The notes below the pieces were generated by a model. It did no database searches, was not told the DNA's origin, and saw nothing but the letters and a program-made list of their open reading frames with translations. From contig NW_021836454.1 of the NCBI RefSeq assembly GCF_006345805.1, positions 1 to 24,116 of the forward strand: DNA of 24,116 nt, in the 5' to 3' direction. Origin of the DNA: Octopus sinensis (lineage: Eukaryota). Below are positions 10,259-21,420 of the stretch, one piece after another. The position numbers were made by a program, and so were the translations under genes. The number at the start of each line of letters is the position of its first letter. Position 1 is the first letter of the stretch.

Positions 10259-10289
<31 letters not shown>

Positions 10290-10293
10290 AATG

Positions 10294-10330
<37 letters not shown>

Positions 10331-10380
10331 TAATAATGATAATAATAATAATGATAATAATAATAATAATAATAATAATG

Positions 10381-10421
<41 letters not shown>
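10081..10421. repeat. (AAT)n/(GAT) compound microsatellite
   Basis: Directly visible. Confidence 0.97.
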
Positions 10422-10428
<7 letters not shown>

Positions 10429-11056
10429 TTAAGACATGACAGAGTTGGCCAATATCTACACTGGCTAATAAGTCGGCATTACAATATCAAAACTGCCGAC
10501 TGTATAATCACCACCCTGAAGCTGTAACTGAAGGAGAAAATGTAACGATTCTGTGGGACTTTCCAGTACATACAGACCGAACCATCAAAGCCAATAAACC
10601 GGATATTGTTGTGAAAGACCAAAACAATAAAGTTTGCTTATTGATCGACATGAGCATCCCCTGTGATCATAAAGAGTTTGACAAGCTCAGAAAATATAAA
10701 GACCTGCCCATTGAAATTGAGAAAATGTGGCATCTCAAGGCGGTTACAATACCAGTGATCGTAGGAGCACTAGGAATGATCAAGAAGGGAACCGAAAATT
10801 ATATGAGAATGATCCCTGGCTTACCATCCCTGCAAGAAGTGCAAAAGATTGTCTTAACTGGTACATCACACGTACTGAGAAGAGCATTGTCGATGTGAGA
10901 ACTATTACTACCCATGTATTTTAATTTAACTTTAAAAAAAATTTTTTTTTTAATTAACGAACTAGTGAGTTTAGTTTAATGGCCTACCAATGTATACTAT
11001 GAGTTTCTAGGAGTCGGGAAGAAATGGAAGCAAATTTGAAAGAAGAAGAAAAAAAG

Positions 11057-11058
<2 letters not shown>
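10422..11058 (+). mobile_element. R4/Dong-clade 3' fragment, copy 2 (related to copy 1)
   Basis: RHDRVGQYLHW, ILWDFPV, ANKPDIVV, LLIDMS, KYKDL, LTGTSHVLRRALSM; 3' UTR similar to copy 1 (AAGAAATGGAAG.AAATTTGAA); followed by (TAA)n 11059-11107. Confidence 0.87.
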
Positions 11059-11109
<51 letters not shown>

Positions 11110-11110
<1 letters not shown>

Positions 11111-12675
11111 TATCCAAATAAGAAATTTGGATAAAAAAATGCGCCAAAGTAACCATGAAAAGAGGAAAACTAGTTAAGAGTAGCAACATCACACTAGATA
11201 AAACCAATGAAATAAAAGAATTAGACAAAAGCCAAACTTACAAATACTTAGGAATCCATGAACTAGATAAGACACAACACACACAAATGAAAGAGAAAAT
11301 AAAAAAAGAATATTATAGACGAGTTAGATCAATACTAAAAACAGAGCTCAATGCTAAAAACAAGATAATAGGTATCACACTTTAGCTGTCCCAGTTATAA
11401 GTTACAGCTACAATATCCTTAACTGGACACTAAATGAACTGACCAAAATAGATAGGAAAACAAGAAAAATAATGACAGATCTAGGATGCATCACCCAAAA
11501 TCTGACATAGAAAGACTATATATACAACGTATAGAAGGTGGTAGAGGCCTTATACAGCTGGAAAAGTACTATAAAATAACCACCATAGGACTGCAAAAAT
11601 ATCTACTTCAGAAGGAAGGAAAACTGATCCAGATAGCAGCAAAACACGAGCAAAACAAAAAACTGTTCTCAGTATTTAAGGAAGCTGACAAATACAAACA
11701 AGAAATCATACCACCTAACAAATATGAAGAAGAAGAAGATGAAGAAACAACAAAAGCTATAAAACAAATGAAATCCAAACTAAATCTAGAACAGCAAAGA
11801 ACCATGATAAAACGATGGCAAGAAAAGCCCCTTCATGGTAAATACTGGACTAAACTAAATGCAAAGGAAATAGACAAAGAAAAATCCCAGCAATGGTTGA
11901 GAAGCTCAGGACTCAAAGCAGAGACAGAGGGATTTTTAATTGCAGCACAAGACCAAAGCCTCCCCACCAGAAATTACCAAAAACAGTATGAAAAGAAATA
12001 TAACAAGTACTGCAGAATATGTGGAGATGGACAAGAAACAATAAATCATATTATCTCTGGCTGCCCAGTCCTGGCTAAGAAGGAATATATTCACAGACAT
12101 GACAGAGTTGGAACCTACATACACTGGAAGCTATGCCAACATTATGGAGTAACAACAGAAAAAAGATGGTATAGGCACACACCAGAAAAAGGTCACAGAA
12201 AACAAGAAAGCAACCATACTCTGGGATATGCTGATACACAAAGATAGAGAAATTAAGGCCAACAGACCAGATATAGTTGTCAGAGATCATGAAGAAAAAA
12301 AATGCTTTCTAATTGATGTATCAATACCAACAGATGACAACGTTTCTCTAAAGGAAATAGAAGAAACTTTCAAAATACAAAGACCTGGAAATAGAGGTAA
12401 CCAGAATGTGGAATCTAAAAACAGAAACAATTCCTATCATAGTAGGTGCATTAGGCATGATAAAAAAATATTCAGACAAATACATAACAAAAACACCAGG
12501 ACTTACAAACACATATAACATACAGAAAATTGCACTACTGGGCACTGCACACATCCTACGCAGAACACTTTCAATACAATAACCATCAGAGCATCACAGA
12601 AAACCACAGCACATACCCAAGGCACACAGAGCTGTGCTCAGTAGCACAATGAAAGGACGTTATAAAAATAAACTA

Positions 12676-12678
<3 letters not shown>
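11110..12678 (+). mobile_element. R4/Dong-clade element, copy 3 (distinct family), 5'-truncated and frameshifted
   Basis: KCAKVTMKRG, YKYLGI, MHHPKSDIERLY, GGRGL, KPLHG, QDQSL, CRIC-x8-H-x4-C, RHDRV, ANRPDIVV, LLGTAHILRRTLS; followed by (TAA)n at 12679-12758. Confidence 0.88.
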
Positions 12679-12717
<39 letters not shown>

Positions 12718-13154
12718 TAATAATAATAATAATAACAACAATAATAATAATAGTAATAATGGACTTATTTTATACTCAGGTGCACTACAATGTAATGTAA
12801 TAAAAAATAAAAGTTCTAAATTAAATATGTTTGTTCCCAAATAATTGCATGGAGCAGGCCTCAGCAATGTAGTGATGGTCTACTATTTCTGTGGTTCATT
12901 CAAATATCGACTGAGACAATACAGTGTGGGACTAGTATTTAACTGTAATGTCGATTTGGTATTCAATAAGTCAATACTGCTGGTGGAGATGTAGTTTGTA
13001 CAAAACTTCAATCCAAAGAAACTGATCTCCATCAGCAAAAATTTAATAGAAATTAGTAAAAGAAAAAAAAAAGAATACAGAATTGATAAGAGAAGTGAAA
13101 AAAATTCAATTTTCCAGGCATTTTTCAGAGAGAAAATAATACAGAGATTGTAAG

Positions 13155-13234
13155 CATAGAAGTAGGTGTTATATTCTTTCTCTTCAAATGGTTATAACCA
13201 TTTGAAGAGAAAGAATATAACACCTACTTCTATG
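13155..13234. repeat. Perfect 80-bp palindrome with no spacer
   Basis: CATAGAAGTAGGTGTTATATTCTTTCTCTTCAAATGGTTA|TAACCATTTGAAGAGAAAGAATATAACACCTACTTCTATG; 40 of 40 positions pair. Confidence 0.97.
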
Positions 13235-14346
13235 TTTGAAACTCATTGTAATTTTTTTGTTTGTTTAGGAGTTAATATTCATTAAGTGGAAACATTTTGG
13301 CTAAGAAAATACAGGTGAAGACAAGCATTGTTCTGAAATGAATTGGTTTAATGAGTCATTGGTGAATGTATGTGGTTAGGTAAAGTCCAGCAACTGTTTA
13401 TTGTATTTGTTTACAATAAATACACATTAGCACATTTAAATGCTAAATGTACAGACTGAATCATTAAAGAGACGATATGCTCACCCGATACATCCTACCC
13501 TGTCCATCACATGGCACTGCACACCCCACATCCTCATCACCTCAAAATATCCAACTCACCCATATTCTCATAACCGTACCCTTAACTCTACACAACCTGT
13601 ACTAATTACACTCTATAACAGGTATGAGATGTTTTGGCATGGCCGTTTCGGCACTGCTAATTTGGTGTTGGCGATTTAATACTGACTTAGTTGACATCAG
13701 ATATTTTGTCCTTGGGCCCCTTTGAAAACTTTTTTATTCTAGTTGACAACTTGTAATTATAACTGTTAAACTATTCCACAACCGGCACAAGGCCAGCAAT
13801 TTGGGGGCAGGGGAAAAGTCGATTACATGGAGCCCAGATGGATGAAAGGCAAAGCCAACTTTGGCAGAATTTGAACTTAGAATGTTACATTGACAGATGA
13901 AATGTCATTAAACATTTTGCTTGGCATGCTAATGATACTGCCAGCCTGCTGCCTTATGAAATGCTGACAAAACATTTTGTCTGTTATATGAGACCCCACC
14001 TCACTCTATACACTGAAGTTGTCTAAATGGAAAAAACCTCCCTGGATATACATCTTATATATTAAGATTAAATTGTACATGTTTAGAATATAATATTGTA
14101 ATATTTATTTGTTATATGGAGATTTTCAGATTAATTATTTAAAACAGTTTAAAGATGAATTTCAATAAGTACACATTCTGTTTCCATTTTATTTTCAAGT
14201 GTAACTGCTTGGGATCAGGAGAGTGCAGTCTCGGAGCCAGGCAAGCAGCAGCAATTCTTGTTATTTGCAGTTACAATGACCTGAGTAGTTGCTGGTTTAT
14301 TATTTATATTTATTATTTAATTTTTGTCATAGATTTATCCTGTGTG

Positions 14347-14441
<95 letters not shown>

Positions 14442-15058
14442 TGTAAATTTATGTAAAAATGGTTATTGATAGTTTCAATTCCTTTTGGGTAAACATGAGA
14501 AAAAATAGAACCTTAAACTACAGATCCCTTAATGTGTTCCCTAGTAGAGATAATAAATAATAGGTGCAGTTATGGCTGTGTGGTTAAGGAGCTTCATTGC
14601 CAATCATATGGTTTAGGGTTCAGCTCCACTGCATGATACCTTTGGCAAATGCTGACTAAAACTTCATCAGTGGATTTAGTAGATGGAAACTGTGTGGAAG
14701 CTCATCATAAATACATATACGAATACATACATACACTCACACAAACACACAAAGAGATATATTAATATATGTATGCGTGTGCCTTCTTGACAACCGCTTT
14801 TGGTTTGTTTATATCCCCATAACTGAGCAATTTGGCAAAAGACATCTCTAGAATAAGTAGCAGGCTTAAACAAAACCAGAAGGGTTGATTTGTACATGTG
14901 TGTGTGTGTATAAACCCTTCACTTAAACCTTCAAAAAGTAGAAGGTAAACTATAATCCTAGCTAAATTATATCTAGAAAAAAGACAAAAAGGTTTGCTTG
15001 ACCAGGACAGGCCTGGGGCTTACCAACAACAGCAACATCAATAACATCCTTTACTCAC

Positions 15059-15212
15059 CTGGTATCACAAGAAACATAAGGTTATCTGAAGGCGAGTCAA
15101 CAGGGTCCATGCTTGATGTTGCTGGGGGACTGCCAAATTTCATAACCTGAAATTCTACTCCTGGTTGGAGTTGAAACCATTCCAATCTGGGATCTGTTGA
15201 TATGCTCTCCAT
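15059..15212 (-). CDS. LDAH: Lipid droplet-associated hydrolase, first coding exon
   Basis: MESISTDPRLEWFQLQPGVEFQVMKFG...LMFLVIPG, donor CCAG|GTGAGT in phase 1, which completes IPGNPG on splicing. A strong acceptor (TTTTCTTCACTTTTCAG) at 15296 implies the exon starts at 15295 and a further upstream exon exists; the start codon is inferred. Spliced CDS is 954 nt. Confidence 0.88.
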
Positions 15213-15697
15213 ATTAAATGTTCTGGAATCCACCAAAAACTTGCATAATGAGAAGTTGTCAGAGAGTATTGGTGGGATGTGGTGGAGTGAATACACTGAA
15301 AAGTGAAGAAAACAGAAATCATATTATTAGTACCAGGAAAGGGGGAAAAAAAACACGTTATGACTCTTTATGTTCCTAGTTCAAACCCTTGTGGTGTAAA
15401 CTTTATCTTTCATCTTTTGGGGGGTTGATAAAATGAAGTAGCAGTCAAGAATTAGAGTTGATTTAATTGACTAAATTCTTCCCGCAGCAATTTGTAGCTC
15501 TGTGGGGTTTCGTTAGAAGTCAATTAATAAATAGATCAATGGATAAATATGCTCAGCCTTCATATATGCAAACATATGTGTGTATACACACACACATGTA
15601 CATACACAAAGCTTACACATATATATGCACATACATGTACATATATACATACACACACATACATGTATATATATATATATGTGTAAATATACATACG

Positions 15698-15935
15698 TGG
15701 TACGTACAAAGCACCATTCGAGTGTGGCCAATACCAGTGCCTCCTGACTAGTACCTGTACCAGTGGCATGTATAAAGCACCCACTACACTCTCAGAGTGG
15801 TTGGTGTTAGGAAGAGCATCCAGCTGTAGAAACCTTGCCAAATCAGAATGGAGCCTGGTGCAGCCTCCCGGCTTGCCAGTTCTCAGTTGAACCGTCCATG
15901 CCAGCATGGAAAGCAGATGTTAAGCAACAATTATG
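15698..15935 (+). mobile_element. (GAT)n-tailed non-autonomous retroelement (RTE-like tail inferred)
   Basis: AAAGCACCCACTACACTC..GTTAGGAAG.GCATCCAGCTGTAGAAAC..CCATGCCAGCATGGAAA..GTTAA; related copies at ~18340-18598 (+), ~19420-19612 (-), ~21465-21761 (+) and a short end at ~5757-5812 (-). Confidence 0.65.
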
Positions 15936-16004
15936 ATATATATATATATATACACACAGATATATACATACTTACAGATATATATACATATATCATCATC
16001 ATTA

Positions 16005-16938
16005 GTTGAACAAACTGACCTCAGGACTACAAATCCCATGGTCACTGCTCACTTGTATATGTTGTCAGTTGGTCTCTTTGCTTTTGATTAAGGTTCCAAA
16101 GTTGTGAGAGCTGCTCAAGACATTTGTGGTGTTCACTTTAATGAAGATCAATTGAATAAGCTCATCCACAAGGGATTGGCTGAACAGGTGAGATGCTCTC
16201 ACCTTTACTCAATGAGTAAATTTCAAAACCTTGGTGCATGGATGTCACATGTACTGATTGAAAGAGACAAGCTCCAGGGCTTCTCTGTCATCAATAGTGT
16301 GCCCACTTGACGCCAAGATGTTGACTGGTGATAAAAGATGGTGTCTTTAAGTCAATGTGAAGCAAAAGAAAGAATGGCTGAGTTCTAATAAACAAGCAAC
16401 ACTTTGAGCCAAGGCCAGGATTGTATCCAAGCAAGACAATGGTCAGTGTTTGGCAGGATTGGGAAGGGCTAATTGACAAGAAATGTTTGAAAACAACCAC
16501 ATGGTTAATGTGGAGCTTTACGTTCAGCAAAAACACAGCTTAATGAAATGATTCAGCTGAAAATGACTCACAGAATGATGCAACATGCTAATTCAACACA
16601 TTGCTAATTTGACCAAAAATGCTAACAAAAAGCTCAGCTGTGAGGTTCTGCTGCACCCACCCCAATCTCCTGATATAGCACATTCAGATCATCACCTTTG
16701 GCCAATATTCTATGAAGTATTTCATTCGACAGTGTGGAGTTGAAAGCATGACTTGATGAATTCTTCAAGCCAAAACCCAGTGATTTCAAGGCACTGACAA
16801 ATTAGTGGAATGTTAGCAAGAATTTGGGAACAATGAAGGAGAATGTATGGCTGACTGATTTGTTAAAACTGTTGATGAAAAATAAAGATTGAAATAAATG
16901 GGAAAAAAAAAGAAACAATTTCACCTGACAACCCAATA
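16005..16938 (+). mobile_element. Decayed mariner (Tc1/mariner, DD34D-type) transposon
   Basis: Frameshifted transposase motifs LGAWMSHVL (LGxWVPHxL), TGD..W, KTMVSVWQDWEG, QHANSTH (HDNARPH), HPP.SPDIAHSDHHLW (SPDLAPSDY); TIR-like right end GACAACCCAATA followed by TA. Confidence 0.82.
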
Positions 16939-17558
16939 TATGTGCATATGTGTGTGTGTGAATGTAACAACACATGTATATATATATAGATATTGTTTCT
17001 ACTTAAATACCAAAAGTTTCCAAAACAGGTTTCCTCTGGTCATTGCAGATCAAATTTCTGTCATTTGGCAACATTTTCATTATTATTGATATAATTTATA
17101 AAAACTTTTCAGATGGCAGTGCTCAGGTAGGAATGGGGTGTGAAGTGGGGAAAGCAGTGGGATGGGTGAGGTGTTCTTTTCTTAGAAACGATCTCATCTT
17201 ACCAGTTTTGCAACGGTTAACTTTCAGAAGATCGATATGACATACTGACTCAACTTGTACGAGAAAAAGCAGCCACACTACCTGTGTTACCAATACTATC
17301 ACTGTCACCACCACCACCACCACCACCACCAACATTGTGTATGTACAGGTGTAAAATCTGTGAAGACATTACCCTTTACATCAAAGATAACTAAGCCATG
17401 GCATAAAATAAGTACAGTATATACACACACACAAATATATTGTGTGGAGAAGGGGTTATAATCCAAGCTGTATCCTTGTGAAGCACAGCCTCATCTTCCA
17501 TTAATCAAAAGTATGAATGTGGATGTTTTATTTTAAATGAGAAAAATCATCCAAACTC

Positions 17559-18335
17559 GGCGTAGGAGTAACTGTGTGGTAAGTAGCTTGCTTACCAACC
17601 ACATGGTTCCGGGTTCAGTCCCACTGTGTGGCACCTTGGGCAAGTGTCTTCTACTATAGCCTCGGTCCGACCAAAGCTTTGTGAGTGGATTTGGATAGAC
17701 GGAAACTATGTGTGGTTAGTGTTGCACTCACGATTGCAAGGTTGTGGTTTCAATTCCCAGACTGGTGGTGCATTGTGTTTTTGGACAAAACACTTCATTT
17801 CATGCTGCCCCAGTCCACTCAGCTGTCAATGGGTGCTAACTCTGCAATGGACAGATGCTGTGTTCAGGGCAAATGCTTACCTGCCCACCTGGCCAGCAGG
17901 CTTAATATCATTCGAAAGTCACAACAATGCAAGGAAGTGCATTGTGACCAGTGGTGTATGACAACATCTGATACAGAAATACAATGACACACACACACAC
18001 ATCTGTGCATGAAGGAGCATGGCTAAGTGGTTAAGCGTATTCAGCTCATGATCTTAACGTTATGAGTTCAATACCCAGTTGTGCCTTGTGTGCTTGAGCA
18101 AGTTACTTTATTTCTCGTAGCCCCAGGCCATTCAGCTGGCAAAAATGAGTTATACCTGTAATTCAAACGGGGCCAGACTTGTCACATTCTGTATCATGTG
18201 GAATCTCCCTGGGGACTACTTTAAGGGTACACGTGTCTATGGAGCACTCAGCCACTTGCACGTTAATTTCATGAGAAGGCTGCTCCGTTGATCATATCAA
18301 GTGGAACACTCATTATCATAACTGAAGCAGAACCA
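17559..18335 (+). mobile_element. Three stacked tRNA-headed SINE copies of at least two families
   Basis: A/B-box-like heads at ~17559 (TGTGTGGTAAG..GGGTTCAGTCCC, then CCTTGGGCAAGTGTCTT), ~17710 (GGTTAGTG..GGTTTCAATTCCC) and ~18010 (TGGCTAAGTGGTTAAG..GAGTTCAATACC); the third shares its 3' half with the 19781 copy. Confidence 0.65.
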
Positions 18336-19780
18336 GTTTTATATGTGACACCCTTACTGGTGACACATAAAAGGCACCTGCCACACTCTGTGTGGAGAAG
18401 GGGTTATAATCCAAGCTGTATCCTTGTGAAGCACAGCCTCATCTTCCATTAATCAAAAGTATATGGGAAGGGCACCCAGCTGCAGAAGCCAAGCCACAAC
18501 AGACTGGAGCTTGGTGCAGCTCTTCAGCTTATCAATTCCAGTCAAACCATCTAACCCATGACAGCATGAAAAAACAGATGTTAAATGATGATGATGATAT
18601 ATATATATCATCATCATCATCATCATTTAACCCATGCTGACATGGGTTAAGGCCGTGCCCCAGCATGGACACAGTCTAATGACTGAAACAAGTGAAAGAT
18701 AAAAGATACACACACAGAAACGTGCACATGTGTGTGTGTGTGTGTTTCTATATATGTAGGTATGTATAGATGCAGGCATGGCTGTGAGGTTAAGATATGT
18801 ATATATTATGCCTGAATAATAGATGAGATGGTCATGAGTTGATTGCCTCTGATCATATGTCTGTCCAATCAGAACTTAGACAACAGTTTCTATTACAAAT
18901 GTGGGACTTGTCAAGACCTGTTGCCTGGAGAAAATATGGAGAGAGAGAAAAAATAAAGAATGGAAAATGAGTGAGCGGACAAAGAGAAATATGATGACTG
19001 TCAGGCACTGCTTGGACGTGGCCACAAAGATGGTCACAAGCAAATCCTATGACCCAGTCTTCAGTGACAAATGCTAATAATGAATGCTTTGTGAAAGACT
19101 GTTGCAACCTGGTGCTGGTGATAGTGCTTGTTGTAGCAGTAGCTTTTGGTGGAACTGGTGCTGGCAGTGACATATTTTAAGAACTGTAGATAGGAGAATA
19201 TTAACAGAGAATCGGTCCAAATTCCAAAAAGTATGGTCAACTCCCTCTTATCTGATACTTAAATAACTGAAACTGTCAGATAAACTGGCACCCAGAAAAG
19301 ATAAAATAAAAATGTGTGTTGCTAATTAGAATCAAAAGAATTTGTGCTAATTTGTGTTAATCTATTGTCATTAAAAGAAAGATAGTTTCTGTTGTATCTA
19401 AAACGGATCGTTGCTTCTCATCATCATCATCATCATCATCATCATTTAGCGTCCGCTTTCCATGCTAGCATGGGTTGGACGGGTCAACTGGGGTCTGTGA
19501 AGCTGGAAGGCTTCGTCAGGCCCAGTCAGATCTGGCAGTGTTTCTACGGCTGGATGCCCTTCCTAACGCCAACCACTCCGAGAGTGTAGTGGGTGTTTTT
19601 TACGTGCCACCTCAACGAACAATATTTCATGACACTGCACTCCATGACAAAATCCAGGATTTTATTAATTTAATAAAACTTGTTCTTAATTATATTTTCA
19701 TTTCTTTCTCTTTCTCTCATTTTTATTGTATTCAGAATATTAATGATAATATGTGTGTGTGTGTGTGTGCTATATTCAGA

Positions 19781-20167
19781 GGAGGCGCAATGGCCCAGTG
19801 GTTAGGGCAGCGGACTCGCGGTCATAGGATCACGGTTTCGATTCCCAGACCGGGCGTTGTGAGTGTTTATTGAGCGAAAACACCTAAAGCTCCACGAGGC
19901 TCCGGCAGGGGATGGTGGTGATCCCTGCTGTACTCTTTCACCACAACTTTCTCTCACTCTTACTTCCTGTTTCTGTTGTACCTGTATTTCAAGGGGCCGG
20001 CCTTGTCACTCTCTGTGTCATGCTGAATATCCCCGAGAACTACGTTAAGGGTACACATGTCTGTGGAGTGCTCAGCCACTTACACGTTAATTCCATGAGC
20101 AGGCTGTTCCATTGATTCGGATCAACCGGAACCCTCGTCGTCGTAACCGACGGAGTGCTTCCCCCCA
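19781..20167 (+). mobile_element. Young full-length tRNA-derived SINE with 11-bp TSD
   Basis: A box TGGCCCAGTGG, B box GTTTCGATTCC, many retained CpGs; CTATATTCAGA duplicated at 19770-19780 and 20168-20178. Confidence 0.88.
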
Positions 20168-21218
20168 CTATATTCAGAATATTGCTGATAATACTCCTGT
20201 ATAGAGTTTTAATAAGTTTTGTAAGATTTAATGGTTATTTAAAAAGTGATGACCAAGTTTCCAGAAAATTTAGTTATTCAGCAATTCTCTGGTGACATGG
20301 TGCTGGACAGGAGGGAGTTATATTCATATGTCCCTTTAACTCTTTATGTTCTAGGTTCAACATCTGCTAAGATGACCTTCAATGATCAATAAAATAAATA
20401 CCAATAAATCACTAACTGTCAGTTCAATCAGTCACAGTCTTTGCGGCCTTGTGCTTATGTTAAAAAAAAATTACATGGACTAAGCTTTTTCATTCTGGGA
20501 CAGAACTCTCCAGAACATCCTTGTTGACATCCAGTGACAATTAAGTGACAAGTCATTGTCACCTGTCACACTTTACATGTGACAGGTGACTTTCCAAGAG
20601 ACATGTCATCAAATGAATGCCTGGAGGTCTTGAAGCACACTAAATGCCAAAAACCTAATCTCAAACTTTCCCTGAAACAGGATTGGACTCAAGTCAAACA
20701 GACAAGTTGTAGAATGACATGTTGCACATACAGTGACCCCCGGCCAGTTCGCTATTGTCATCCTTCAGGATTCTGCATGGGCATACATCATCAACCATGG
20801 CATCCCAGGATCAACCCTTGAAGTGATTGCTGGTAGAAGATGGATTTCTTGACCAGTGGAAATGGTCCCTACAACAACAATAAATAAAGCATGCGTCCAA
20901 TCTGGTCAGATGCTTCCTGGAACAGGATACAACAGTCAGGCGGTCGGATATTACTGAAACCAATTCCACTGCCCTTTATTTCAGACCATTTTTAACTGAG
21001 ACTGGAATGCCTTTTTGTGATCTTTCTCAAATTATTCTCTACGAAGAGGTCCAACCCTCCAAACTCCTTAACTGGCCCTCAACCCACTGAAAAAGACTAT
21101 CACTAAGTCAGCAGGGAATTGCCTCTGCAAGTGTTCATTTGTAAGTTCCCTGGCTTCTACCAGTTGATGCGTTTACTGCTCCCTCATTGCACTCTCAGTA
21201 GCTTAATATATGTATGTG

Positions 21219-21420
21219 TATCTTTTATCTTTTACTTGTTTCAGTCTTTAGACTATGGCCATGCTGGAGCACCACCTTGGAGAATTTTTACTTAAATAAA
21301 TCGACCCCAGGACTTATTTTTCTAAAGCCTGGTATTCATTCTATTGGTTTCTTTCACTGAACCACTAAGTTATGAGGATGCAAACAAACCCACACCAATT
21401 TTCAAGTGGTTGTAGGGGAC
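21219..21420 (-). mobile_element. SINE with CAGCATGGCC..CTGAAACAAGTAAAAGATAAAAGA tail
   Basis: Minus-strand tail GGTGCTCCAGCATGGCCATAGTCTAAAGACTGAAACAAGTAAAAGATAAAAGA; related pieces at 18652-18708 (+), ~22652-22860 (-) and ~14765-14880 (+). Confidence 0.65.

Noticed and set aside
14196-14300. GC-richer island as an exon or snoRNA
   Set aside because: No complete box C/D or H/ACA layout and no frame-compatible splice sites could be supported.
19781-19855. tRNA gene
   Set aside because: Has A and B boxes but no clean cloverleaf, and continues into a SINE body bounded by a TSD; the same applies to the other tRNA-like heads.
20600-21200. Possible decayed transposase or LINE fragment
   Set aside because: Complex sequence, but no convincing protein motif in the frames examined.
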